Source of the DNA: Amoebophrya sp. A120
Lineage: Eukaryota > Protista > Dinoflagellata
Assembly: GCA_905178155.1 (NCBI GenBank)
Contig: CAJINV010000005.1
Coordinates: 7,934,515-7,998,514 of the forward strand
Reading direction: 5' to 3'
DNA length: 64,000 nucleotides
Position numbers and translations under genes: made by a program. The stretch's first letter is position 1. Every line of letters starts with the position of its first letter. The notes beneath the pieces are model-generated. The model was not told the DNA's origin and did no database searches. It was given only the letters and a program-made list of their open reading frames with translations. This document shows positions 23,754 to 35,483 of this stretch, one piece after another.

Positions 23754-26700
23754 CTAGTCATCATCCCTAATTTTGGTGGCGTATGAAAAGGAAAAATACC
23801 CCCTCCCCGTATCAAAACGAAGCTTCTCACGCTCGATTCCCGTACACAGATCCGATTTGTCTTGCAATAGAGGACTGCAGGCACATGCCAAGCCTGAGCC
23901 GACAAGCTTTGCCGTGGGCGACTAGCATGGCAACCGTCTATGCTGCAAGCCCAACAACATCACAAACCGCCTGCATAATGCGGCGGGGTCTCTGGCTCTG
24001 CCTTCGGGCAAGACAGACGGGATTTGTGGTCACAAATCTGCATCACAAATTTTCAAACGGATGCGTTTTCGATATCGGAAGGGGGGGATGTTTCCTTGCA
24101 ATATGGCCGCGATCCTCTTCGCAGTCTTTTCCTTCGCTCGGAAAAGCCCGATTTGATAGGTCTTGATGTTCTCTTTTCGCTGTTCGTGGCCTTTCAGGTA
24201 TGGATTGCAACTATGACTGGGTCTGGAAGAGTGTAAACTTGTCATGCGGGTTTTCCATGGCCCGTGAGGTCTGGAATGCGAGATGACCTAGCATCACAGA
24301 TTCTGTGAGGTCTCTGCCATACCTATCCTGGATGAGAAACTCCCTCCCAACTAGGTCGAAAGTGGATAGCTTTTGGCACTCATGTTCGTTCGTTCGTTGT
24401 GGATCGGCTCTGCCGACCGGGTAACCCAACGCCTTGCATACAAATGACCGACTTAGGCGAACCCCGTTGCGGGCATACAAATCGGCCGTACGGAAGGGCC
24501 CTAAGCGCTACACACATGTTGCAACACAGATTTTTACAAGATTCGGATTTAGCATGACAAGTTGCAATCTTCCAGACCCCGACATACTTGCAATGCATAT
24601 CAGGATGTGCGCCACGACGTCCATCACCTTCGAGGTCATCATGATGACTAAATTCAAATCCACATCTATCCAGGAAAAAAACTGTGTAAGTGTAACTTTG
24701 TAGGAAGAGCAGCATTACAAATGCGTGTTGCATTACAGAGAGAACCTGTCATGCGCACTTTGTACGTGAAAACACGCATCAAAGTGGCCTATGACGCACA
24801 TTCAGCATGACAATCGTAACAGTTTTGCATTTTCTGCATTACAGATTTACACTCACATAGATTTTTTCTTGGATAACGTCCACCGACTGGATTTCGTAGA
24901 ACAACGCGTCCAGCGCCTCGAGGATCATGTGCAAAAGCATCGCACTCGTGGGATTTTCATTTTGAAATTAAATTGCACTATTGTGCATGACAAACTTGCT
25001 TTTTCAAACGTAGTGCAGCATGACAAGTTGTTCCACCTGCCAACCGAATTTCAATTTCAATTTGTAATGCAATAATTACTACCACCACGATACAATAAGA
25101 ACTCTTGCAATGCATATCGAGGATCATGTTACAGTGAATTTCAATCACGGTGGTGACCTGTTCCAGTGTCACGATCGCCTTCTGCAGCACCAGAATGTCC
25201 TGCGCAGTGGCCGAGTGGCGGATTTTCTTGAGGCAGTAGCAGAACAATTCCAAATCCACCTCCGCATCCTCGTCCGTTTCGTCGATCAACAGCGCATTTA
25301 TGCGTTGCAATTATCATATCTGATTCTGGAAGATTGCACGAGTCTGTCATGCGGAGCAACTCCCTTGCTCGTGAACAACTCTGTAGTGCATGTTGCGGAA
25401 ATTGGAAAATAAATGGCGACGCTTCTTTGTATAAATGAAAAGACGCGACTTCGCATGCGCGACACGACTTCTTTGTATAAATGAATAAGACTACTCAGCG
25501 ATTTTTTGTTATGCTCCACTACCTGTACCTAGTAGTACTGGCGTCAGACCTAGTAGTACTGGCGTCAGTTTATTAGTATAGTTACTCACACACAATAGCA
25601 TGACAACTTCCCAGACGCAGATCGATTAGTTAGCATTTGATAGCCTTCACCTCCTTTACGTTCCCAGCTGTGTAATTCAGCTCCTTTATCCTGTGTAAAA
25701 ACGTCCTCACACCAGAGTTGTCATGCAAATGTGCAATGACAGGAACATCTGTAATGCCCAGCTCCATGAGAAGCATTTCCATTCGTGTTGTGGAATCTGT
25801 AATGCTGTAAACAGAATCCGAAAGTGGCTTTCTCATGCGGCTTCTCTTGCCAATCAGCACTACACTGCAGAGGGAAACTTGTCGTGCACAGCTCCCAAAA
25901 CTTGGAGATTTGTGTTGCTAGATTCCCAACTTGACTATGGGGTGGGGACGTTTTTACTCAGAATATCCTTCAACTTGGCGCGGAATCTCGCGCCGATTCG
26001 GGACTTTCCGTTGACCACCGACCAGAAATCCGGGAAGTAAATCATTTGTAAAAACGTCCCAGAGTTGTAATGCAAATCTGCATGCTGAAAATGTTTCTCA
26101 TGCGGAGACCCACGAGAAGCAGTTCCTGTTGGTGTTTTGCAATTTGTGATGCTAAAATCAGCATGATTCGCTAGATCAGTGTTGCTGCTGCACTAGCTAA
26201 GCATCGGACTACCTTGCGATCATCCCCTCAAATGAATTTGTCATGCGCAACGGCCAAAGCTTGGTGATTTGTGTAGCAGATTTCACATAATAACTCTGGG
26301 GCGGGGACGTTTTTGCTCACGATAAAGTAAAACACTCTCCCATCGTCCGAGAGCGTTTGGAAAAGCGCCTTGAGCTCCTCAAACGCGCGTTTTTGTGCGG
26401 CGTCTCGAAGCCCTTCCTGCTCGGATTCGTATTCCTTCGCGATCACGAACACATTCTCCACGATGACGGCAACCACCAGGTTCATGACGATAAAGATACT
26501 GGTACTGAAGTAGAAAAAGATGAAGTATTTGAACCACCAATATCCCACGAAAAAACTGTTTCACTGTGGTGATTTTGCAAAATCTGCATCACAAGTTTGT
26601 TAGTACGCATGACACTGAAAACCTGTCATGCGGGGTTCCTAAGGGAAAACACAGCTAGAAATCCATTGTCGTGCATGTGTAGCATGACACACACTTCTGC

Positions 26701-29700
26701 GATCCATTTTCTGCATCACAAGTTCACAGTGAATAAACAGTTTTTTCTTGCGATAACCAAACCTTCATCTCCAGCGGCCGCACCACTTCGTCCCAAGAGT
26801 CTAGCGTCGTCACTTGGAACAGCGTGAACATGGACTTCCATGAATTGCAAAAGCATCGTACTAGTATAAATTGCATTACAAATTCTCTTAGCATGAAAAA
26901 TTGAATTTGTCATGCTGTTTTGCCTTGGAAAGGAAATTTGTAATGCATAACTGCAATTAGTAAGAGTACGATACTTTTGCACAGGATAACTTCATCGTGG
27001 TGCCAAAATATTTCTGTGCGAGCGGATCGTTCTCGAAGCTGTATTGAGAGGAAAAATCCCCCCTCCCCATATCAAAACGGAAATCTGTGATGCAGATTTG
27101 TTGTCACAAATCAGCTTTGTCATGCTACACGGAAAATAAGATGCGGACTGTAGTGCTGGGTGGCGTGGGGGAGCCTTGCATCTTCAGCATGATAGGAGGC
27201 AGCTGAGAGTGGGAAACAGCATGGCAAATTGCCTGCAAACGAGACCACGACTGCGGCTCTTGGCCTTCTAGCATGACAAGTCGATTTGGTGCCTCAAATC
27301 CTGCATCACAGATTTCCATTTCGATATGGGCAGGGGGGATTTTTCCGTTTGATAAGCTGCGGCCGATGAACTGCGTCGCGGTGACGCCGAACAGAAAGAG
27401 CATGTATCGCAAGGAAAAATCCCCCCTCCCCATATTGAAGAGGTGAGGCTTCGAGAATTTGTGTTGCTGATTTGAGGTCACAAATCACGTTTGTGTTGCA
27501 AGAAGACAAAGGCAGCAGCTTCCGTCCCATTATGGAGGCGGTTTGTCATGCTGTTGAGCCAACATCACGGACGCTTCTCATGCTAAGCGCCAAAGTCAAA
27601 GCCTCTCTACTCAGGCTTGATATGGGTTTGCAGTCCTCTCCAGCAAGACAAATGCGATTTGTGTACTCAAATACAGCAACACAAATTTCGCTTTCGATAT
27701 GGGGAGGGGGGATTTTTCCTCTCAATAGCATGAACCCGATCACCATCAGGGACCAAAACAGCGGAGACACGGAGTGGATCATTCCCGTAACCAGAAACCA
27801 CATCTCCCGGTTATGCCCTGCTCAGGTGTTTTTACAATCTCAAACGCTACAATAGAAGAATATCTGTGATGCAAGAGGTGCACTATCTAGCCAACTCTCA
27901 TAGGATTGCGCATGACAAGTTCTTCCGGAGTCCCAAACCGCAAAGCAATTATCTGGCGAAATTTGTAGTGCAGAAAGTGGAATGCTGTCCGAGTCTGCCA
28001 TGCTCATCATGCAATAGCAAATCCAGATTCTATGGTAACCGATTTGAGATGGCAACCGATTTGAACAGGTCATACCGGTAAAACGGATCCAGTCGGACGG
28101 CCAGCACCAGGCGGTAAAGATATCCTGAGTAAAAACGTACCCACACCAAAGTCAAGATGGGGACTTTGCAACACAAACCTAGGAGTTTTGGGAGTCACAC
28201 ATGACAAGTTTCAGTCCGTAAGGTAGTGCAAGTTAGCAAGGAAAGCCGCAGCACAAATCGATCTCCTGATCCTGTTTACAGCACTACAAGTTCCCAAACA
28301 CGATTGAAAATGCCTGTCATGGGGTTGCGCATCACAAATGTTCCTGTCATGGCAAATCTGCATGACAACTCTGGTGTGGGTACGTTTTTACTCAGGATAA
28401 AAGACGGATGATACGCATCAAGGTGAACTTCCGGATCTCCTTCACGTCAATGCCCGCGGGAGCCAGCTATGAAAAGCAAAAGTGTCTGGGTCTGGAACAA
28501 AGCAACTTGTCATGCTAAATCCGAATCATGGAAAAATCTGTGTTGCGTGAGTACCAAAAGCTGGTGTCCACTTTTTCTTTTGAGCCAATCGAGAGGCGGT
28601 TTCTCATGCAGGATCGGCATGATAGAACTCTCACAGAATCTGCCATGCTATGTCTTACATACCAGACCTGATGGGTAATGGAAAACCTGCATGACAAGTC
28701 TGGCACTCTTCCAGACCCAGACACATTTGCAGTTGATACCAGCACCCAGGTAACCAACACACCGGTGAAAAAGACCAGAATGGCGTCGGTGAAGTTGGTA
28801 TGGATTGCAAATATGTCTGGGTCTGGAAGAATGGAACTTGTAATGCTGTCTGCGGATTCTAAAAATATCTGTGTTGCATGAGCAGCAAGAAGAGTCAGTT
28901 CTTGGCACCCGGAGAGGGCATTTCTCATGTGTGTTTAGAATCAAGAAGCTCTCAAAAAATCTGTGATGCTAGCACCAGCATCACAGATCTGCTCACGGGT
29001 CATGCAAAATGTGCACGTCAAGCCCCGACTCTTCCAGACCCAGATGACATTTTTGCAGTTGATAGTTGGTCCAGGATTCGAACATCCAGCCCCAGCCGTA
29101 CGCCCGTATTCTTGCCATCAGCTCGAGGAGGAAGGTCAACGTGAACAGATTCTCGCAGACCCAGAGCAGTATCGCTACCGGCCCCGTTTCGTCCTTCGTG
29201 ATCGCTTGAAACACGATGGTGAAACAGTTCAACATGATCAGCAATCCCATCCAGATATCCCACTGTGGGTGTTGAACCAGCTGGAGAGACCATGGGTAAG
29301 GGTGCACGTCGTCCGGAAAATCTTCTAGCCGCATGCGCTCGTACTTCCACAGGTTGTCGTCGCGTTTCTTCTATGCACTGCAAAAGTATCGTACTCGTAT
29401 AAATGCATGACAAATTCCCTCAGCATGAGAAATAAAATTTGTAATGCAGATTTACCTTAAGAAAAAGATTTGTAATGCCTGATTGCAATACGAGTAAGAT
29501 ACTTTTGCACAGGATATCTTCATGAACGCCTCGAAGGGGTACTTCCACCAGAGTTTACCTTCGTTTTTATGTCGCAACTTGATGTGGTCATGCAGGCAGG
29601 TATATGTTAAACTTAAATTTCAATTTGAGGAAGAATATATCAATGTGAGTAGAACAAGAACCGCTAGACAAAAAAATCTACACTCCAGAATCGTGTATGT

Positions 29701-32363
29701 ATAGTTAGTTTCTCTAAGTTATCAACTGCAAAAATGTCTGGGTCTGGAAGGATGCAAACTTGTGATGCGTGTTGCGGATCATACAAAAATCTGTGTTGCG
29801 TGACTTGCAAAAGGTCCCCATTTCTAGCCATGCCGAGAGGGCGTTTCTCATGCAGAATAGGCATCACCAAGGGGCTGCAGAACCTGTGATGCAAGGCCCT
29901 GCGTTCCAGACTTGGTGGAACTTGGAAAGACTGCATGACAAATCTCGGGATTTTCCAGACCCAGACATATTTGCATTTGATATAATTACCTTTCATGCGC
30001 TGATTCCGGTCTCTTCTTTATCCTGGGTAAAAATGTCCCCCACGAGGACCCCAGCGTCATCTTCAGGATGGCGACTTTGCTACTTACACAAATGCAATAA
30101 ATCAAGATCAACAAGTTTTGCTTGTAGTTATTTCGCATGACAAAATTCTTGAACTGGTAGTGTCCTCAGGTGGTAGAAGTGCAGACGCATCCAAAATCGA
30201 ACCTCATTCCAGCATCACCAACTACTTCCAGATAGGATCAGAAAATGGAAGTCATGGGGCTCGCTGCGCATGAGATGAAACATTTACATTTTACAGCACA
30301 TGCCACTTTGCATAACAAGTCGCGGGATGGGTTCAGGTTGGGGACGTTTTTCCAAATGATATTCTCCTCTTTTGCATCAAATGCAAAAATGCCCGGGTCT
30401 GGAAGAGTGCATTTTACATGACCCATGACGTCTGTAATGCATGACCTAGCATCCCAGATTTTTAGACCACTTCCTGATGCCTATTTCGCATGAGAAATGC
30501 CCTTTCCATGTAGCACAAACTGAACCCCTCTTGCTGGTCATGCAATACAGATTTTTTTTAGATGCAGAGACAGCATCACACGTTGTAACCTCCCAGCCCC
30601 AGACATATTTGCAATGCATATTTTGCACTTCGGTTTCGTGAATGTCTCCCTCTTCCGGAAACACTTCGCCCGTATGGGTGTGTCAGGATCGAAATCGACA
30701 AAATCAAAAAAGTTGTGATGCATAAAATGTAGAGCATTGAAGGCCTGTATTGGGGAGCAGGCAAATGAGGCCGATTGTAAGCCTGTTTAGGGGTATACGA
30801 TGTGCCGCCAGAGTAGCATGACAGGAGCAGTCTTCTTTGCCCAAACAGCATGACAGACTGGATGTGGGTGCTCCCGAAATTTGTCATGCGCCACTTGGAA
30901 ACTGAGGGTCCAACTGACATCGATTTTGTGCATCACAAATTTTTCGACTTTGTCAATTTCGATTCTGACACTCCCATAGCCCGGATCGTCAAAGTACGTC
31001 GCCATTGCGAGCTGCGCCATTGCTTTCTGGGTCAGTGTCCTTTCCGCCATTCTGCGTTCGTATCCGGCTTGGGGAGACTCCCCGGCCCGGTAGGCCTGTA
31101 CCATTCTCCCCCTTTTATCAAAGTGAAAAATCTACCCTCCCCATCTCAAAATGGAAATCTGTGATGCGGGATTCGTGTACACAAATCGGCTTTGTCTTGC
31201 GGTAGAGGACTGCAGGCAGGTGCACAGTCTGAGTAGGGGCGTTTTGGTGTTGTAGGCGCCCAGCAAGGCAGGCATATCCTGTGTAGGCGAAACAGCATTT
31301 CAAATTGCCTGCTGCACAGCGCAGCGGAGTCTCTGGAGTTGCCTTCGTGCAATAAGACGCGACTTGTGGTCACATCAAATCAGCATCACAAATTTTCAGG
31401 AGTATGATCCCTTTTCAGTATGGGGAGGGGGGATTTTTGCATTACAATACCTTTCGTCATAGCTCCACGCGTTCCCATGCTCGTCAAACGTGACCGCCTG
31501 CCCGAGCTCGTCGTACTGGAAGAATATCCTGAGCAAAAACGTCCCCACACCAGAGTCAGGATGGGGATTTTGCAACACAAGCCTAGGAGTTTCGGGAGTC
31601 ACGCATGACAAATTGCACTCCGTAGTGTAGTGCAGGTTAGCAAGTGCAGCCGCATCACAGATTCATCTGCTCATCCTGTTCACAGCATCAAAAATTCCAA
31701 AACACGACTGGAAAGGGCTCTCATGGGGATGCGCATTACAAGTCTTCCTGTCTTTGCAAATCTGCATTACAACTCTGGCGTGGGGACGTTTTTACTCAGG
31801 ATAAAGAACCTACCATCTTCATCGTAAAACCCGTCTTCGAGGTCTGACGGAACGTCGCTTTCCTCTTTTATGACCCGCTCAAACGATACAGTCTCAATTT
31901 CAAACGTGGCATTGCATGATGAGCATGACAAACCTGCACAGCGTTCCACTTTTTGCAATACAAATTTCGCCAGATTTTAGTGCGGTTTGGGACCACTCCA
32001 GAACTTGTCATGCGCAATCCTATGAGAGTTGGCTAGGTCATGCACTTCTTGCATCACAGATTTCGTCCAGCTTCTCTGGTATACGTTTGAGACTGTAACA
32101 CCTGAGCAGGTGATATCTTCTTCCATCATTTTCTTTCTTTTTTCCTCCTCCTTCCGCAACCGTGCTTCCTCCTCCGCCCGCTGCCGTGCCTCGAGCTCCA
32201 GCCGCATCCGCTTCCTCCGCTCCTCGAAGGACTCGAACTCGTCCTCCACCACATCCCCGGCGTACGTGGCGCTCGCATCCTTCAGCTCGAGCTCCTTCTT
32301 CTCTGCACCCAACGCGATCACCTCTCTCGCGGTGGAAGCCGTGTTTTGCGTCGACGACTGCAT
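23754..32363 (-). CDS. Single-domain (6TM) voltage-gated Na+/Ca2+-type cation channel
   Basis: About 24 exons. S1 WDIWMGLLIMLNCFTI, S2 ENLFTLTFLLELMARI, S3 NFTDAILVF, S4 IRKFTLMRIIRLYRLVLAVR, S5 FWSLMVIGFMLFLFGVTATQFIG, pore SMFTLFQVTTLDSWDEVVRPL, S6 FIVMNLVVAVIVENV, possible degenerate EF-hand-like C-terminus. Confidence 0.9.
23782..24103. mobile_element. Introner family E
   Basis: TIR; flanks TGGCG/TGGCC. Confidence 0.88.
24199..24599. mobile_element. Introner family A with an internal ~128-bp insertion
   Basis: TIR; flanks TCAGG/TCAGG; insert 24387-24514. Confidence 0.9.
24667..24875. mobile_element. Introner family C
   Basis: TIR; flanks ACATC/ACGTC. Confidence 0.9.
24923..25116. mobile_element. 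Introner family D, degenerate
   Basis: Left end GATCATGTGCAAAAG; flanks TCGAG/TCGAG. Confidence 0.75.
25312..25642. mobile_element. Introner family A, strongly degenerate
   Basis: Remnant TCTGGAAG and TTCCCAGACGCAG..TTTGATA ends; internal short tandem duplications; left boundary uncertain and the 5-nt rule does not fit here. Confidence 0.5.
25687..25965. mobile_element. Introner family B
   Basis: TIR; flanks TCCTT/TCCTT. Confidence 0.92.
26040..26324. mobile_element. Introner family B
   Basis: TIR (left end AAT); flanks AAGTA/AAGTA. Confidence 0.87.
26541..26755. mobile_element. Introner family C (variant)
   Basis: TIR TATC.CA.GAAAAAACTGTTT; flanks ACCAA/ACCAA. Confidence 0.9.
26839..26988. 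mobile_element. Introner family D
   Basis: TIR ..TGCAAAAG.ATCGTACT; flanks ACTTC/ACTTC. Confidence 0.9.
27042..27354. mobile_element. Introner family E
   Basis: TIR; flanks AGCTG/AGCTG. Confidence 0.92.
27405..27727. mobile_element. Introner family E
   Basis: TIR; flanks GCATG/GCATG. Confidence 0.92.
27812..28074. mobile_element. Introner family G
   Basis: TIR TATGCCCTGCTCA/TGAACAGGTCATA; flanks CCGGT/CCGGT. Confidence 0.88.
28121..28399. mobile_element. Introner family B
   Basis: TIR TATCCTGAGTAAAAACGTACCCACACCA; flanks AAAGA/AAAGA. Confidence 0.94.
28468..28738. mobile_element. Introner family A
   Basis: TIR; flanks CCAGC/CCAGC. Confidence 0.92.
28799..29064. mobile_element. Introner family A
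   Basis: TIR; flanks GTTGG/GTTGG. Confidence 0.92.
29372..29516. mobile_element. Introner family D
   Basis: TIR; flanks TCTTC/TCTTC. Confidence 0.92.
29720..29982. mobile_element. Introner family A inside a probable GT-AG intron
   Basis: TIR; flanks TAAGT/TAATT; GT donor at 29989. Confidence 0.9.
30019..30361. mobile_element. Introner family B, diverged
   Basis: TIR; flanks TTCTT/TTCTC. Confidence 0.8.
30375..30620. mobile_element. Introner family A
   Basis: TIR (left end CAT); flanks TTTTG/TTTTG. Confidence 0.9.
30673..30978. mobile_element. Introner family F
   Basis: TIR TATGGG.GTGTCAG; flanks GCCCG/GCCCG; opposite orientation to the 13883 copy. Confidence 0.92.
31116..31449. mobile_element. 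Introner family E
   Basis: TIR; flanks CCTTT/CCTTT. Confidence 0.9.
31525..31803. mobile_element. Introner family B
   Basis: TIR; flanks AAGAA/AAGAA. Confidence 0.94.
31869..32115. mobile_element. Introner family G
   Basis: TIR TATGACCCGCTCA/TGAGCAGGTGATA; flanks TCTTT/TCTTC. Confidence 0.88.
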
Positions 32364-32502
32364 AGTAGTGTATAACGACCCGCTCAGGAGTTACAATCTC
32401 AAAAGTATCATTTTTATCAAGCGCACCTCCCTAAATATCTGCTCCTGCAGAAGACTACAGACCAACACCTGCTCCTCTTCAAATTCTCCGCAGCAGAGTG
32501 GT

Positions 32503-33737
32503 CGTTTTCGCATCCCAAACACCACGTTGCTCTCCTACCTGGTCACAAAACTTGGAAGGCCAGGTAAGAGAGTGCCGGCGTGTTTGGGCCAACTTTTTTT
32601 GGGCCGAAGGGGCCTTTTTTCCTTCCAAGCGCCACGCTATGCTCTTACCTGGTGCCAAAACTTGGCAGGCCAGGGAAGAGAGTGCCGTGGTGCTTGGGCC
32701 AACTTTTTTTGGGCCGAGCGATGCGGTCTTTTTTCCTTCCAATCGCAAGGCTATGCTCTTGCCGGGCCTCAAAGTCTGGAGGCCCAGGTAAGAGCACAGC
32801 ATGGCGCTTGTGCTTCAAGAGTGTCTCTTTCATCTGGCCACCTCCTCAGGCCAGGACGTTTTCGCATCCCAAACACCACACTGCTCTCTTATCTGGCCCA
32901 AAAATTTGCCAGGCCAGGTGAGAGAGTGCCGCGATGTTTGGGCCAACTTTTTTTCGGCTGACGCGGCCTTTTTTCCTTCCAAGCGCCATGCTATGCTCTT
33001 ACCTGGCCTCAAAGTCGAGAGGCCCAGGTAAGAGCACGGCGTGCTGCTTGTACTTCAAGATCACCCCCCCTTATCTGGCCACTTTCTCGGGCCAGAACAT
33101 TTCCGCATCAGAAACACCACGCTCCCCCATCATCGATCTGGCCACTTTCTCGGGCCAGGAGAATTTCGCATCACAAGCGCACCACTGTGACAGTGCCTGG
33201 CCTTAAAACCTGGCAGCCGCGGCAAAAGAATGCCGTGGCGCCTGTGCCAACTTTTGCGGGCCAGAGCCCCCAGGCGCCAGGGTATGCTCTTACTTGGTCC
33301 GAGAGTCTAGGCCCAACTAAAAGCATAGCGCGGCGCTTGCGCTGCAAGATTACCCCCTTCACCTGGCCACTTTTTCGGGCTAGGGCAGGCACCTTGTGGC
33401 CACTTCTCATCGGCCCGGGAAATTTTGGTCAGAATTGTTNNNNNNNNNNNNNNNNNNNNNNNNNNNNNNNNNNNNNNNNNNNNNNNNNNNNNNNNNNNNN
33501 NNNNNNNNNNNNNNNNNNNNNNNNNNNNNNNNNNNNNNNNNNNNNNNNNNNNNNNGCAATCTTTTTCCCAGGCGCCAGGGTATGCTCTTACTTGGTCCGA
33601 GAGTCTAGGCCCAACTAAAAGCATAGCGCGGCGCTTGCGCTGCAAGATTACCCCCTTCACCTGGCCACTTTTTCGGGCTAGGGCAGGCACCTTGTGGCCA
33701 CTTCTCATCGGCCCGGGAAATTTTGGTCAGAATTGTT
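32503..33737. repeat. Compound diverged tandem repeat array containing an assembly gap
   Basis: Recurrent subunits TTTCGCATCCCAAACACCAC, GCTATGCTCTTACCTGG and TTGGGCCAACTTTTTT; N gap 33440-33555. Confidence 0.8.
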
Positions 33738-33918
33738 TTCATTTTTCGCCCAGCTTGCGACTTCGGTGACTGTTTTTATTCTCCGTTCGATCGCGTGCTG
33801 CAGAACTGCAGACGCTTTTTCGGAAAACAGAAGCCATCTATTTCAAATCTATGTGGAATCTATTCCGAATCTATATGGCTGTCGAAGTCTCCCATTGCCA
33901 ACTACAGACCGACACTTG

Positions 33919-34400
33919 GAATATAGTAACAGGGAGCCTCGACGTGACCGGGGGGGTCACATCCGTCCGTCCGGCCGGACGGACGGCACGTGACCGGGGG
34001 TAGTCCGGCCTCGCGGCGAGTTCGGCGCTGAATGCCGCAGCAACTTTGGCCCTCGGTAGCTAGAAGCCCCCGGCCGCGTCACCGACGGCGGACCAGGGGC
34101 AAGAGTCGTGCCTTTTTCCGCGAAAGACCGAACTCATGACCTTTTTTTTTTAGTTGGGCGCCCGAGCTAGCTAACAGCCCCCGGCCGCGTGACCGGGGGC
34201 GGAGCGTGACGAAGAGAGGCAGTTCTTCAGTGAAGGACCGAGCTCATGACCTTTTTTTTTTTTTAGTTGCCCGGGCGCGCGGTCCACCGCGGCCACCACC
34301 TCCTAGCGCCACGACCGACCCCCGGTCACGTGCCGTCCGTCCGGCCGGCCGGACGGACGTGACCCCCCCGGTCGCGTCTAGATTCCTTGTTACCTTATTC
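33919..34400. mobile_element. GC-rich MITE-like element with ~80-bp imperfect TIRs (not an introner)
   Basis: Left GAATATAGTAACAGGGAG..GTGACCGGGGGGGTCACATCCGTCCG.. matches the reverse complement of 34318-34400; possible TTG duplication. Confidence 0.65.
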
Positions 34401-34599
34401 TTGCTCCTCTTCAAATTCTCCGCAGCAGCGTGGTCGTGTTTGTGCTCACGCGAGCAGAGGTTACTTGGGTAAGGCCCGCAGCCTCTGTGACACTTTTAAT
34501 CGCGCGGCACATTCTTTGTTTTAAGCCTTCGAATGCCTAATCTAGGAAATCGCGTTTATAAGGTTTAAGCATTCGAGCGCCTAATCTAAGAAATCGCAC

Positions 34600-34880
34600 T
34601 TTAAGCATTCGAGCGCTTAAACTCACGGAAACGCAGATTGCAATTTGCTCTAGCAAATTTCAAATTTGTCCACACAGCTTCAAAGAGAACCAGTCAATTA
34701 GCCATTCGAATGCTTAAAGTGACTGCTTATTTTCAAGCAGTTAAGCATTCGAATGGCTAAACTGATTGTTTGTCTGTGAAGCTGCGTGAGCAAGTTTGAA
34801 TTTGCCCAGAGCAAATTTCAAATTTGCTCACGCAGATTGCAATCTGCGTTTCCGTGAATTTAAGCGCTCGAATGCCTAAA
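34600..34880. repeat. ~280-bp imperfect AT-rich palindrome
   Basis: Arms TTTAAGCATTCGAGCGCTTAAACTCACGGAAACGCAGATTGCAAT and ATTGCAATCTGCGTTTCCGTGAATTTAAGCGCTCGAATGCCTAAA; centre ACTGCTTATTTTCAAGCAGT. Confidence 0.85.
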
Positions 34881-35221
34881 CGCTATATCTACCCCGAGCG
34901 CGAGTGCTGTTGATGTTGCTCGAGAGACAAAGAGCTTTCGCACCATGGGAAACAAAAGCTCCGCCGGTGCAAGAGCGCAGAGCCTGCCAAAGCGTCCCGC
35001 GGCGCTTTTGTCAAGTGCCCGCCCCGCGCAAAACCGCCGTGGGCGTCGTGATCCCTCCAGATCGCGGCGCCTGGGGCAATTTGCCCCATTGGGCCCCCTG
35101 CGGGCTTCGGTGCACAATGCTGAAGCGCGGCGCAAGCCATTGGGCCCCCCTGAGGGCAGGAACACCTGCTCCTCTTCAAATTCTCCGCAGCAGCGTGGTC
35201 GTGTTTGTGCTCACGCGAGCA

Positions 35222-35483
35222 TATCAAGTGTAAAAATGTCTGGGTCTGGAAGAATGCGAACTTGTCATGCAGATTTTACATGGCCCGTGACGTCTGTGAT
35301 GTATTCCCTGGCATCACAGATTTTCTGAGTGCTTCTTGATGCCTATTCCGCATGACAAATGGCCTCCCCGCGTAGCAGAAACTGGGCTCCTCTTGCTGGT
35401 CATGCAATACAGATTTTTCTAGAATCCAAAATTAGCATGACAAACTTGCATTCTTCCAGACCCAGACATTTTTACATTTGATA
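35222..35483. mobile_element. Introner family A, apparently intergenic, with near-perfect TIRs
   Basis: Flanks GAGCA/GAGCA; paralogous empty site at 34402-34460. Confidence 0.95.

Noticed and set aside
33269-33737. Identical ~170-bp direct repeat either side of the N run
   Set aside because: Most likely an unmerged contig overlap at the scaffold gap 33440-33555.
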